Positions 9,754 through 19,155 of a stretch of 64,000 nucleotides of DNA are shown piece after piece. The DNA is from Faecousia sp. (lineage in GTDB: Bacteria > Bacillota > Clostridia > Oscillospirales > Oscillospiraceae). A program made the position numbers and the translations under genes. The notes beneath the pieces are model-generated. The model ran no database searches and was not told where the DNA came from. It saw only the letters and a list, made by a program, of their open reading frames with translations. The stretch lies in assembly GCA_045578895.1 (NCBI GenBank), contig JAZNLC010000053.1, positions 14,441-78,440 on the forward strand, read 5' to 3'. Positions within the stretch are counted from its first letter, which is position 1. The number at the start of each line of letters is the position of its first letter.

Positions 9754-11358
9754 ATGCGTAAATCTTTTCTTTTTTTAATTAGTCTGATCCTTGTTGCCGC
9801 CACAGCCCTCTGTGTCAGCGCAGAAGAACCACTGCAGGCTTCCGATATCACCGGTGACACCGCATTTTCCGGCAGCGGGTATGCCGGCTTCGGTTTTTTG
9901 AAGGACAAGGATATCGACAAATACCGTAAGTCTGAAGGAAATACCACCTTGGTATTGGAAAACCCCGAGGGCATGGCATCCTTGTATCTCATGTTTGATT
10001 TGGAATACGGTGCTTATACCATTACCGATAACAATACCGGTACATCCATCACCGCAGGTACCTATCATTTCATCCACGAATTCATAGATTTGGAAGCTGC
10101 ATTCGGCTGCCTTCCCACATCTTTGACGATTGATTTTTCCAACGGCACCGTACGGCTCAGCGAAGTCTACGTATTCTCCTCCGGTGAGACCCCTGATCAT
10201 GTGCAGAAGTGGGAGCCCCCCCTGGACGGAAAAACCGACATTCTGATAATGCCTTCCCATGGCGACGACGATCATCTTTATTTTGCCGGATTGCTTCCCT
10301 ATTATGCCGGCGAACTGGATTGCGCTGTGCAGGTGGTGTACATGACGAGCCACCGCTATGATACTACCATCCGTATGCATGAAATGCTGAACGGTCTGTG
10401 GCGTACCGGTGTGGAAAACTATCCGGTGTTTATGTCCGGTCTTGATTTCCGTGTAGACAATTTGGAAAGATCCTATCAGGTCTATGCCAATAACGGCATG
10501 CCTAAGGAAAAGCTGGTAGGCTTCGTTGTGGAGCAGATGCGCAGATTCAAGCCCCAGGTAGTGGTTGGTCATGACATCAACGGCGAATACGGCCACGGCA
10601 TGCATCGGGTCTATGCGGATATGATCATCAACGCCTGTGAGATCTCCGGTGATCCGCAGAAGTATCCGGAATCCGCACAGCAGTACGGTGCATGGGATGT
10701 TCCGAAGACTTACCTGCATTTGCTGGAAGATAATCCGATTGTGATCAATTACGATATTCCCCTGGATCACTACGGCGGACTTACCGCCTTCCAGGTGACT
10801 CAGAAGTACGGCTTCCCCAGCCATGTGACCCAGCAGATCTATAACAGTTTCCGTGTGTGGCTCTACGGCCACAACAACGAGCTTACCAAAGCTGCAGAAA
10901 TCGAGCGGTATAGTCCCTGTGAATTTGGTCTGCTGCGCAGTACCGTCGGCGAAGATGTATTGAAAAATGACTTTTTGGAGAATGTCGCCACCTATGCCCA
11001 GCAGGAACAAATGGAATTGGAGCGGTTGGAAGCAGAAAGACTGGAAGCTGAGCGTCTGGAGCAGGAGCGGTTGGACCGTGTCCGGCTGGAGCTAGAGCAG
11101 CTGCAGCAAGAACGACTAGAGTTACTGCGCCTTGAGCGCGAGGAGCAAGAACGCCTGGAACAGGAGCGTCTTGAGCAGGAGCGCCTGGAGCAGGAAGAAC
11201 TGGAAGCGTTGATAAATCAGGCAAGAAGGAAAAACCGTCTCACCCTTACCTGCCTGGTAGCGGTATTTCTCGGTGGCTCCAGCTTGGCATCCAAATTGGC
11301 AAAGAAACACTATGAAAAACGCAAGGGTCTCAGTACCGGAAAAAAATCTAAAAAATAA
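9754..11358 (+). CDS. Secreted, membrane-anchored PIG-L (LmbE) family deacetylase
   Basis: Signal peptide; SHGDDDHL and [17 protein letters not shown] metal motifs; ERLE coiled-coil stalk, C-terminal TM and basic tail. Confidence 0.8.
   Translation: MRKSFLFLISLILVAATALCVSAEEPLQASDITGDTAFSGSGYAGFGFLKDKDIDKYRKSEGNTTLVLENPEGMASLYLMFDLEYGAYTITDNNTGTSITAGTYHFIHEFIDLEAAFGCLPTSLTIDFSNGTVRLSEVYVFSSGETPDHVQKWEPPLDGKTDILIMPSHGDDDHLYFAGLLPYYAGELDCAVQVVYMTSHRYDTTIRMHEMLNGLWRTGVENYPVFMSGLDFRVDNLERSYQVYANNGMPKEKLVGFVVEQMRRFKPQVVVGHDINGEYGHGMHRVYADMIINACEISGDPQKYPESAQQYGAWDVPKTYLHLLEDNPIVINYDIPLDHYGGLTAFQVTQKYGFPSHVTQQIYNSFRVWLYGHNNELTKAAEIERYSPCEFGLLRSTVGEDVLKNDFLENVATYAQQEQMELERLEAERLEAERLEQERLDRVRLELEQLQQERLELLRLEREEQERLEQERLEQERLEQEELEALINQARRKNRLTLTCLVAVFLGGSSLASKLAKKHYEKRKGLSTGKKSKK
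11005..11205 (+). repeat. Imperfect 15-nt coding tandem repeat (E[AQ]ERL)n forming a coiled-coil stalk
   Basis: Translation [19 protein letters not shown]...[20 protein letters not shown]. Confidence 0.85.
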
Positions 11359-11369
11359 TAAAAAAATGC

Positions 11370-11398
11370 TTGCATTTTCTGAAACGTTGTGCTATTAT
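11370..11398 (+). promoter_or_regulatory. Sigma-A promoter of the tRNA
   Basis: TTGCAT-N17-TATTAT with TG extension and A-rich UP element. Confidence 0.7.
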
Positions 11399-11426
11399 AC
11401 TTTGGCACGTTACAGAACGCTTGCAT

Positions 11427-11503
11427 GCGGCAATAGCTCAGTTGGATAGAGTGACTGACTACGAATCAGTAGGTCGGGGGTTCGAGTCCCTTTTGCCGTA
11501 CCA
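11427..11503 (+). tRNA. tRNA-Arg (anticodon ACG)
   Basis: GCGGCAA acceptor pairs with TTGCCGT, D arm TAGCTCAGTTGGATAGAG, anticodon arm ACTGA-CTACGAA-TCAGT, T arm GGGGG-TTCGAGT-CCCTT, encoded CCA; 77 nt. Confidence 0.97.
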
Positions 11504-11506
11504 CAT

Positions 11507-11541
11507 AAAAGGCCCGGAATCGTATTGATTCCGGGTTTTTT
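11507..11541 (+). terminator. Intrinsic terminator after tRNA
   Basis: CCCGGAATC-GTATT-GATTCCGGG followed by a T-run. Confidence 0.8.
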
Positions 11542-11581
11542 CTGTACTTTTTCAAGGAAAATGGAAAATAGATATTGTGGA

Positions 11582-11621
11582 TTTTGGGTCAATTTTGGGT
11601 CAATGCTTGATTTTTGGGTCA
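11582..11621. repeat. Three TTTTGGGTCA direct repeats, probable integrase arm-type binding sites
   Basis: Exact 10-mers at 11582, 11593 and 11612 between the tRNA and the integrase stop. Confidence 0.7.
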
Positions 11622-13013
11622 CCCGGTGCGCTTTTCTGCCCGAAAAATCGCATCTGCAATACGCTCTGCAGACTGGGTATCAGCCTGCTCAATCAGGTGA
11701 GAATAGATGTTTTGGGTGGTGCTTACCTGGGCGTGTCCCAAGCGTTTGGAGATGCTGACAGGATCTGCACCGGAGAAATATAACACAGATGCCATACTGT
11801 GGCGGAACTTGTGAGCATGGATATGTGGGAGGTTGTATTTCTTCTCAAACCGGGTTAGATATCCACTGAGCGTGTCCGGGGCCATGTATCCGCCACATTC
11901 ACCAGTGAACACATAGGGCGTGTCCTTCCAACGGTCGCCGTTTGCCAGTCTGGTCTCCAGCTGCCATACCCGGTACTGCCGCAGGAGATCCATAGTTTCC
12001 TTGGGGAGTCTGATCGTCCGCTCTGCCCCGGTCTTTGTGGTAGATTCGTAAATACCACGATCCGGGGTATACAGTAGTGTGGTATCGATGCGGATCGAGA
12101 AGTCTTTCCAGTTGACACGATCCCATTTCAGTCCCACAATCTCACCACGGCGGCAGCTGGTGATCATAAGCAAGTGAATAATCATCTGCCATTTAACCGG
12201 CTCTTTGGCCGCAGCGTCTCTAATGGCAATCAGTTCGGAGGTTTGGAAAGTTCCTACCTCCGATTTTTCTTTTTGTGGCGGTGTGGCCTTGTCGGCTGCG
12301 TTGTACGGTACCAGCATTTCCTTTTCTGCCTGTGCCAATACGATATGGATAAACCGATGGTAAGCCAAAATGGAGGTTGCGGAAAGCGGCTCGTTTCTTT
12401 CATCCACCGTGAACAGCTTATCGAAGGAGATCCCCGCCGCGTTGGCGATCAGATCCGCCTTTTCTTTCAGGATTGGGACCCCCTTCCCTGCCGCATTGAC
12501 AGTGGATTCCGCTACCCCGGCCAGCTTGGCAACCTTGGCCATGGATAGCTTCTTTTCCTTCAGCGCTGCCCGGAGATCTACTTTCGGTATCGCTCTGGAC
12601 GCGGTTTCCCTGATACCGTCCTCCGCCAAGTTTTTATAGAACCGGTTCAGATGCACAGGCCGAATATCCTGCACTACCATGTGTCCGATTGCTTGGTTGG
12701 TCCGGGTCAGCAACTGCCTGTATCCTGTCACGGTGCGGTGCTTCGTGCCAGTGCGTTCCTTTAGGTCGATCACATAGGCAGCATAGTCTGCAAAGGTCTG
12801 CCGGTTATCCAGCGTATACCCTTGCTCAATAGAGCGTTCAAAGTCCGCTGCGGCCCGCTGGACGGCCTTCTGGATCTGGCGCTCTGTCATGCCGGGTGTA
12901 GGCTTGTATGTCGTTCTGTGGCGGATACGCTTGCCGGAAGTATCAAAGCCGCCAGATACGGTGATCCGATAGCTGATTCCGGCCTTGCCGCTGATTTTCT
13001 CAATAGTTGCCAA
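11619..13013 (-). CDS. int: Tyrosine recombinase (integrase) with N-terminal arm-binding domain and an inserted HTH
   Basis: Catalytic R (TSCRRGEIVGL), HKFRH, RLGH, Y (TTQNIYSH); N-terminal YRITVSGG arm-binding motif; TTG start with GGAG RBS. Confidence 0.95.
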   Translation of the reverse strand: MATIEKISGKAGISYRITVSGGFDTSGKRIRHRTTYKPTPGMTERQIQKAVQRAAADFERSIEQGYTLDNRQTFADYAAYVIDLKERTGTKHRTVTGYRQLLTRTNQAIGHMVVQDIRPVHLNRFYKNLAEDGIRETASRAIPKVDLRAALKEKKLSMAKVAKLAGVAESTVNAAGKGVPILKEKADLIANAAGISFDKLFTVDERNEPLSATSILAYHRFIHIVLAQAEKEMLVPYNAADKATPPQKEKSEVGTFQTSELIAIRDAAAKEPVKWQMIIHLLMITSCRRGEIVGLKWDRVNWKDFSIRIDTTLLYTPDRGIYESTTKTGAERTIRLPKETMDLLRQYRVWQLETRLANGDRWKDTPYVFTGECGGYMAPDTLSGYLTRFEKKYNLPHIHAHKFRHSMASVLYFSGADPVSISKRLGHAQVSTTQNIYSHLIEQADTQSAERIADAIFRAEKRTG

Positions 13014-13072
13014 TCTTTGCTCTCCTTCTGTCGTTGGTTTCGCTTTGTTAGACTGTAACCTGCCAAGAGATT

Positions 13073-13801
13073 CTATTCAAATTCATCCTCAATATCTCGA
13101 ATTACAGCGCTTAAATTACGATTTATTCTAAGTTCTAATATATCCAAAACATCTATTCCGTCTTCATCATCATCGAGGACATATAGCATATCGGAGTCCA
13201 TATATGCCTGTTCAAAACCGCAAATTGCCTTTAAATACATCTGCACCATATTGTCATACTGGGGATCTTGCGTTGCTGCACGCAACTTCTCAATGTAAGT
13301 TTCTTGAGCAGGATACATATCAGCGGCTCCGAATCCCATACTTTTCACGATTTCGCCACATACCGAGGACGCCTTTAGTGCAGAAAAAAATTCAATTAGA
13401 GAATGTAGCAAAGTTTGAAAACTTGACATTTCCATAAGAGTGCTTAGATGCTTTGTATCACTATCTTTATCCGTAGAAGCCGCAATAGTTTTTAACCATT
13501 TTACCGCATCTACAGATAATCCAAGATCATCCACAGCACATGGTAAACGACTAGGCTCAGCTGTCCTTCCAACAAGATAGTCTGTAGAAACATCGAAGAA
13601 TTCAGCGATTTTTGCAAGCGTTTCCCAGTCAGGCGAAGACGATCCGTCACAGTAATAAGAAACTGCTTGCCTTGTCTTCCCTATGTAATCTGCTAGTGCA
13701 TTCTGCGTTACTCCCCTATCATCCATGAGTTTGCGCATTGCAGTGGGAAACGCCTTCTTAAAATCAGAAACATCAGATTGTCCTTTTCTCTTGCGGGGCA
13801 T
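13073..13801 (-). CDS. XRE-family HTH repressor (CI/Stl-like)
   Basis: TQNALADYIGKTRQAVSYYCDGSSSPDWETLAKIAEFFDVSTDYLVG; AT-rich gene divergent from a cro-like gene. Confidence 0.88.
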   Translation of the reverse strand: MPRKRKGQSDVSDFKKAFPTAMRKLMDDRGVTQNALADYIGKTRQAVSYYCDGSSSPDWETLAKIAEFFDVSTDYLVGRTAEPSRLPCAVDDLGLSVDAVKWLKTIAASTDKDSDTKHLSTLMEMSSFQTLLHSLIEFFSALKASSVCGEIVKSMGFGAADMYPAQETYIEKLRAATQDPQYDNMVQMYLKAICGFEQAYMDSDMLYVLDDDEDGIDVLDILELRINRNLSAVIRDIEDEFE

Positions 13802-13892
13802 AGTATATCCATCTCCTCAAAGCAAGTATTGTTTGCGTTTGTAGTGTTTAGGTAATTTTTTCTTGCTTTTGTTATTATTATTTGCTACTCTC

Positions 13893-13921
13893 ACTATATA
13901 GCAAGCATTGCTTGATGTCAA
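13893..13921 (-). promoter_or_regulatory. Leftward sigma-A promoter with an operator-like palindrome in its spacer
   Basis: Minus strand TTGACA-N17-TATAGT; spacer contains CAAGCA-T-TGCTTG (13902-13914); related CAAGTATTGTTTG at 13823-13835. Confidence 0.6.
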
Positions 13922-13951
13922 TAATAATTTTTATGAAATGGAGGAAAAGCC

Positions 13952-14149
13952 ATGTGCAAGGAAACAAACAAAGAGATTCGACATGCTGCAAAGGCTGCGG
14001 GCGTGCTTTACTGGGAAATAGCGGAAAAGCTAGGAATCCAGGACAGCGCTTTCTCCCGGAAGCTGCGTAAGGAGCTGCCCCAGGATGAGCGGGACAAGAT
14101 CCTGGGTATTATCAATGAACTAGCCGCCGAAAGAGCGGGGGTGTCCTGA
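13952..14149 (+). CDS. Cro-like small HTH protein
   Basis: 65 aa, YWEIAEKLGIQDSAFSRKLR; GGAGG RBS; divergent from the repressor. Confidence 0.8.
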   Translation: MCKETNKEIRHAAKAAGVLYWEIAEKLGIQDSAFSRKLRKELPQDERDKILGIINELAAERAGVS

Positions 14150-14388
14150 TGCCTAATGTTGTAACAGTCCGGGAGGCCGTAAAGCGCGCCAAGGATGAGG
14201 GTTTTCCAGTATCGGAATACACCTTGCGTCAATGGATACGCCGCGGAGTCATCCCTGTTCGGCAGGCCGGGACAAAGATACTTATCTTCTACCCCAAGCT
14301 GGTACGGTACCTGCAGTGTGAGGATGGTGGAGATAATAAACCCGCCACAGCGGCGGCGTTCCCCGGGATCCGTCGTGTTGATCAGTGA
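14149..14388 (+). CDS. xis: Excisionase-like (HTH_17) protein
   Basis: VTVREA...VSEYTLRQWIRRGVIP.RQAG.KILI winged-helix Xis signature. Confidence 0.75.
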   Translation: MPNVVTVREAVKRAKDEGFPVSEYTLRQWIRRGVIPVRQAGTKILIFYPKLVRYLQCEDGGDNKPATAAAFPGIRRVDQ

Positions 14389-14397
14389 GGTGGCGGA

Positions 14398-14718
14398 ATG
14401 AAGTACAGAGTATATGATGCCCTAAATTACGGGCGAAATAATGCGATTTCATCCAAGATACTGGCTCAAAGACTGGGTTTTAGATCTGTAAGGGAGCTGC
14501 AAAAGGCAATCGAAGCGGAGCGTGCCGCCGGTGCTGTGATTCTGTCGGATCCCTGCGGTGGCGGGTATTACTTATCCAATAATCCGGAAGAGCTGCGGCG
14601 CTTTACACAGACTTTGAATGCCAGAGCAAGAAATACCATGAAAGCAGCGGAATCCGCCCAGCGGGCACTGGATGCCGTCACAGGCCAAGAGAGAATGGCG
14701 GGGTGGTTCAATGATTGA
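14398..14718 (+). CDS. Winged-HTH protein resembling SaPI/PICI pathogenicity-island proteins
   Basis: NAISSKILAQRLG..VREL..AIE.ER..G..I...GGGYYL...EEL pattern. Confidence 0.6.
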   Translation: MKYRVYDALNYGRNNAISSKILAQRLGFRSVRELQKAIEAERAAGAVILSDPCGGGYYLSNNPEELRRFTQTLNARARNTMKAAESAQRALDAVTGQERMAGWFND

Positions 14719-14851
14719 CCGTAACTGCCAACATAAAAAAGCCGCTCCCGGAGCTGGAACCTCCGAAAGCGGCAGCGACACTAACGACACAGACAAGTCG
14801 GTTAATGACAGTGGTATTGTACCACAGAAAGTGAGACCATGCAATGACTAA
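14711..14851 (+). CDS. Small phage/PICI-type hypothetical protein (46 aa; not in the ORF track)
   Basis: MIDRNCQHKKAAPGAGTSESG...; overlaps both neighbours, consistent with translational coupling. Confidence 0.45.
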   Translation: MIDRNCQHKKAAPGAGTSESGSDTNDTDKSVNDSGIVPQKVRPCND

Positions 14852-16562
14852 CATCACAATTACGCGCCTGCGTCTGGAAAATTTCAAGTGTCACAGGCTG
14901 CTGGAACTGGCTCTTGAGGGGCGCAGCGCTTCTGTATACGGCGATAATGCCACCGGAAAGACAAGCCTTTACGATGCTCTTACCTGGCTGCTTTTCGGCA
15001 AGGATAGCGCCGGGAATGGAGAAAAGAACATCGATATTAAGCCTCTGGACAGCACCGGAGCTGTGGCGGACCACAACGCGATTACCTCTGTGGAGGCGGT
15101 GCTGCAGGTGGCGGGAGTGCCTATCACGCTGCGGCGTACATACCGGGAGCTGTGGAGTACCAAGAGAGGCAGCGCCGAGGAAACCTACGACGGCAATACC
15201 AGCGAATACTACATCGACGGTGTACCCTGCAAAAAGAATGCCTTTGACGGCAGAATCCGGGAGATCGTCCCAGAGGATACCTTTCGCCTTCTAACCTCTG
15301 TCAGCTATTTTGCTCAGGATCTACACTGGCAGAAGCGCCGGGCGGCGCTCTTCGATATTGCCGGTGCTATGACTGACCGGGAAATCATGGTTATGGACAG
15401 CCGCTTTCTGCCACTTTCCCAAACAATTGGGAATCTGACACCGGATGCCTACCGGCGGAAGCTTGAAGCAGACAGAAAAAGCTATCAAGGGGCAAAGACA
15501 GATATTCCTGCCCGGATCAGCGAATGCAGGAGGACCGTAGAAGACCTAGAGGGCATTGATTACGAGGGTATCAAAGCAGAAATACAGGTGTTGGAGATTG
15601 AAGCGGAACAGGTGGCGGCCGGGATCCAACATGCCGGGACCGGAGAAACTGAACGGCTACGGTCAGAGCTTTCCCGTCTGGAGCAGCGACTATCCTACAG
15701 ATCACAGCTGACTACCTGCGAAAATTCTATCGCTTCCTCTGAACGGAGTATCGCAGAATCCCGGCAGCGGTGGATTTCCGTCAATCAAGAGGCTTTTCCC
15801 GGTGGTGTCTGTCCAACCTGCGGCCGGGAGCTACCCATGGAGCAGCTACGCAGTGCAATGGATGCTTTCGAGGCTAACAAGAAAAGCAGACTTCAAGAGA
15901 TTGAGCGGACTGCAGCAAGCCAAAAGGCGGCTATGGAGCAAGCCGTAGGGCGCAGAGATCAGCTCAGTGCGGAGATCCAACAGGCCGAAGAGAGAGCCGC
16001 CACCATTCGCAGCGCGCTTTCTGTTGCGGCTGAATCCCCTACGAATAAGGTTCAAACGGATAAGATTGCGCTGCTGCGACAGGAGATATCAAAGAAATGG
16101 GAGATTCTGGGCAAACGCTCTGCTTTGGAACGTGCTAGGGAGCGGATCACAGAGCTTCAGCAGCAGGCCCGGGAGGCTGCTGAGCAGTTGGAATCCATCG
16201 AAGGGCAGCTGTATATGCTGGATGAATTCACCCGTTACAAAACCCGGTTTGTGGAAGACAGCATAAATAGCCTGTTCCGTGTGGCAAGATTCCGGCTCTT
16301 CCGCGAGCAGGTAAACGGCGGAATCGAAGAGCGCTGCGATGTGGTCTGCGGCGGTGTCCCCTATATGGGTCTTAACAACGGAGCAAAGATCAACGTTGGA
16401 ATCGATATTATCAACACCCTTTCCCGCCACTACGGTGTAGCAGTACCTCTGTTTGTGGACAATGCGGAGAGTGTTACCCGCTTAGAATATGCCGCTACCC
16501 AGGTTATTCGGTTAGTAGTTTCGGAATCTGACAAGGAATTGAGGTGCGAATATGAAAATTAA
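14844..16562 (+). CDS. Rad50/SbcC-like coiled-coil AAA ATPase (phage recombination)
   Basis: LENFK, Walker A GDNATGKT, central zinc hook CPTCG in coiled coil, Walker B LFVDNAES. Confidence 0.85.
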   Translation: MTNITITRLRLENFKCHRLLELALEGRSASVYGDNATGKTSLYDALTWLLFGKDSAGNGEKNIDIKPLDSTGAVADHNAITSVEAVLQVAGVPITLRRTYRELWSTKRGSAEETYDGNTSEYYIDGVPCKKNAFDGRIREIVPEDTFRLLTSVSYFAQDLHWQKRRAALFDIAGAMTDREIMVMDSRFLPLSQTIGNLTPDAYRRKLEADRKSYQGAKTDIPARISECRRTVEDLEGIDYEGIKAEIQVLEIEAEQVAAGIQHAGTGETERLRSELSRLEQRLSYRSQLTTCENSIASSERSIAESRQRWISVNQEAFPGGVCPTCGRELPMEQLRSAMDAFEANKKSRLQEIERTAASQKAAMEQAVGRRDQLSAEIQQAEERAATIRSALSVAAESPTNKVQTDKIALLRQEISKKWEILGKRSALERARERITELQQQAREAAEQLESIEGQLYMLDEFTRYKTRFVEDSINSLFRVARFRLFREQVNGGIEERCDVVCGGVPYMGLNNGAKINVGIDIINTLSRHYGVAVPLFVDNAESVTRLEYAATQVIRLVVSESDKELRCEYEN

Positions 16563-17166
16563 GGACCGGGCAAAACCCAAGGTACCGCCGGTAGAGCCGG
16601 GCGTATATATCGCCATCTGCATCGGTGTGGTAGATCTGGGCGAGCAGTATTCGGAGAAGTTCAAGAACTATTCCAACAAGGTCAAGTTTATCTGGGAGCT
16701 TGTGGGCGAGACGGTGGAGGTTGACGGCGAGCAGAAACCCCGGCAGCTTTCCAAGGAATTTGCGGTGTCCACATCCAAGAAGGGCAATCTAAGAGCCTTT
16801 TTAAGCTCCTGGAACGGCCGGGAATACGGGGATGAAGATTTTGGCGAGGTAGATCTATTCGATCAAATCGGCAAGGCCTGCCAGCTTCAGGTAGTGCTGA
16901 ATGAAACTGGGGAATATGCCAATGTGGCCAACCTCATGCCTCTGCCCCGGGGAGTACTGGCCCCCGCCACCGATACGAAGCCTGTAAGATGGGATATGGA
17001 GCATTGGGACGATGCTGTATTTGCCGAGTTACCGGAGTGGATACAAGAGCAGATCAAGAAATCGACACAGTACCAGAAGGAACATACACCCACGGACAGT
17101 ATCGAGGTTAAAGCGCCTGCTGCGTCGGTATCCGCCACAGATGCTGCAGGAGGTGTGCCGTTTTGA
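16552..17166 (+). CDS. Phage replication/ssDNA-binding protein (NGO0469-like)
   Basis: PGVY.A.C..VVDLG.Q, S.L...L.SW.G, IGKACQL.V, LPEWIQEQI.KS and C-terminal VPF tail typical of SSB-like phage proteins. Confidence 0.6.
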   Translation: MKIKDRAKPKVPPVEPGVYIAICIGVVDLGEQYSEKFKNYSNKVKFIWELVGETVEVDGEQKPRQLSKEFAVSTSKKGNLRAFLSSWNGREYGDEDFGEVDLFDQIGKACQLQVVLNETGEYANVANLMPLPRGVLAPATDTKPVRWDMEHWDDAVFAELPEWIQEQIKKSTQYQKEHTPTDSIEVKAPAASVSATDAAGGVPF

Positions 17167-17861
17167 AATTTACATCGTTGGCCAGTTCCTCACATGGGAA
17201 TGCCTACATAATCAGCGACAGGGAGACCCGCATTCTTTTGGAGTGCGGGCTATCCCGCAAAAAGCTGCAACAGCTGGCAGGCTTTAATCTTACCGCTTTC
17301 GATGCCTGTATCGTAAGTCATGAGCACAAGGATCATAGCGGATGTGTGGCGGAGCTGATTAGGGACGGTCTGCCGGTTTACATGAGCCAAGGAACGGCAG
17401 ATGCTCTAGAGGTGGAGGGCGTGGCGGTTATTACCCACGGCGAACAGTTTACAGTGGGAAGTATCGATATTGTTCCTTTTACGACCTTCCATGACGCAGC
17501 GGAGCCTCTGGGGTTTTTGTTCAAGAGCCGCACCGACGGGGGCGTGCTGGCCTTTGCCACGGACACTGTAAACCTTGCGTACCGCTTCCCTGGTATCAAC
17601 ATTCTGGCAATCGAAGCGAATTATGACAAGGAGATCCTGGCACGATCTGAGCGCATTCCCGACAAGGTCCGCCACCGGATCACCAACAGCCACATGGAGA
17701 TCGATGCGCTGTGCCGGTATCTGCAGGAGCTGGATCTGACGGATTGCAGAGAGATATATCTACTGCATTTATCGGATGCAATGAGCAATGAAAGGCAGTT
17801 CGTTTATAAAATTTCCAGGCAAATTTCTCCAAAAATTTCCGTAATTACTTGCAAAAAGTGA
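17163..17861 (+). CDS. Metallo-beta-lactamase-fold hydrolase (probable nuclease)
   Basis: LASSSHGNAY, SHEHKDH, HDA.EP.GF, ATDT, EANY, HM, LHLS motifs. Confidence 0.9.
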   Translation: MKFTSLASSSHGNAYIISDRETRILLECGLSRKKLQQLAGFNLTAFDACIVSHEHKDHSGCVAELIRDGLPVYMSQGTADALEVEGVAVITHGEQFTVGSIDIVPFTTFHDAAEPLGFLFKSRTDGGVLAFATDTVNLAYRFPGINILAIEANYDKEILARSERIPDKVRHRITNSHMEIDALCRYLQELDLTDCREIYLLHLSDAMSNERQFVYKISRQISPKISVITCKK

Positions 17862-17862
17862 G

Positions 17863-18438
17863 GTGAAAAATGCGGTGGCGGAGCCGAGAAATCAATTTAC
17901 TTTCTATCGATCCTATTTCGATGCGATTCAAGAGCTGAATAAAAAAGATCAATCCGCAATCATTTTAGCGGTGTGCGCTTATGCCATTTATGAGATCGAA
18001 CCACAGGGGCTTTCGCCTACTGCCTCAACGGCTTTTAAGCTGATCAGGCCTACACTGGATGCTGGGAGAAAGAAAGCGCAGAGCGGCAAGCAAGGCGGAA
18101 GCAAAACGAAAGCAAACGGTAAGCAAACCACAAGGGAGAAAGAGGTAGAGAAAGAGAAAGAGAAAGAGATAGAGGTAGAGGTAGAGGGGTCATCACTCGA
18201 AGAAATGGTCGCCGATAGGAAACTTAAGCTTTTCCATGGTGAACTTGGGCAAGGTGTGGTGTATCTATCTGAGGAACAGATTAAGGATCTTTTGGATAAG
18301 TTGGATCTTGAATTGTTCGACTATTATGTGGACAAACTGGCAAGTTTCATTATCAAGACTGGCGCAAAGGTAAACGGTCACTACAAAACCATCCTCAAGT
18401 GGTGGCGGCAGGATAGTGGATTGGAGGGCGGCGCATGA
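17863..18438 (+). CDS. Phage replication initiator (DUF6291-like N-terminus)
   Basis: QFTFYRSYFDAI...FKLIRPTLD...GKQGG, low-complexity EKE linker, C-terminal HYKTILKW. Confidence 0.7.
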   Translation: MKNAVAEPRNQFTFYRSYFDAIQELNKKDQSAIILAVCAYAIYEIEPQGLSPTASTAFKLIRPTLDAGRKKAQSGKQGGSKTKANGKQTTREKEVEKEKEKEIEVEVEGSSLEEMVADRKLKLFHGELGQGVVYLSEEQIKDLLDKLDLELFDYYVDKLASFIIKTGAKVNGHYKTILKWWRQDSGLEGGA

Positions 18439-18794
18439 GCAAACCCAGATTTCGGTGGTGGAGTTATGTGCGGCACGTGGTGCGGGACTACAAAAAGCTG
18501 TCTGCGGCCGAGCACTTGACGGTGGACGACAGGAAAGACCGAGATGCAGTAGCCAAAGCGATCAGCATAGCCAAACAGAGTCCAAAGGGTGCGGAAATGC
18601 TGGCGCTGATTGAGTGCATTTATTGGGGAAGCAGTGGACGGCGCATTGAGGATGCTGCTTTGCGGCTCTACATTGGTGAGAGAACGGCCAGACGGCGGCA
18701 CGGTGATTTTATCCGATTGGTTGCTCAATGTCTGGGTTTTTCAGTGGCTGAGGACAAGCAAACAGATCGGGAGAACGAGCCTATCGATAATTGA
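18435..18794 (+). CDS. ArpU/RinA-like transcriptional activator
   Basis: WWSYVR, LI..IYW, C-terminal HTH IEDAALRLYIGERTARRRHGDFIRLVA. Confidence 0.6.
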   Translation: MSKPRFRWWSYVRHVVRDYKKLSAAEHLTVDDRKDRDAVAKAISIAKQSPKGAEMLALIECIYWGSSGRRIEDAALRLYIGERTARRRHGDFIRLVAQCLGFSVAEDKQTDRENEPIDN

Positions 18795-19155
18795 TTACTC
18801 GTTATGCTACTTAAATATGCTTAAAAACGCGTCATTTTTCTGAAAAAACACGCACAAAATGCACTCAAATTATACTTTACTTGTTAATCAACTGGCTTTC
18901 TTAGCCACGGAATACATGGCACGAACGATCAACATGCACCCTCCCCGTGCTATCTAGATTGATAACTCGCTTACTGGCGATGGAAGGCTTCCAAACGAAA
19001 GGGCGGAATTTTTGCAAGAGGGGCAGACCGTCCTGCCACAAAAAAAGAAGCTCCCAGGCAATATACCTGGAAGCCGCTCTGGATATAGGCGTTTCAAATT
19101 CCCAAACGACTAGGAATTTGGATGATCAAGTCTATTTTACAGGGAGGCGGCTACT

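Noticed and set aside
18885-18945. 15-codon minus-strand micro-ORF with GGGGAGGG RBS (MLIVRAMYSVAKKAS)
   Set aside because: Too short, not hydrophobic enough for a type I toxin, no supporting evidence.
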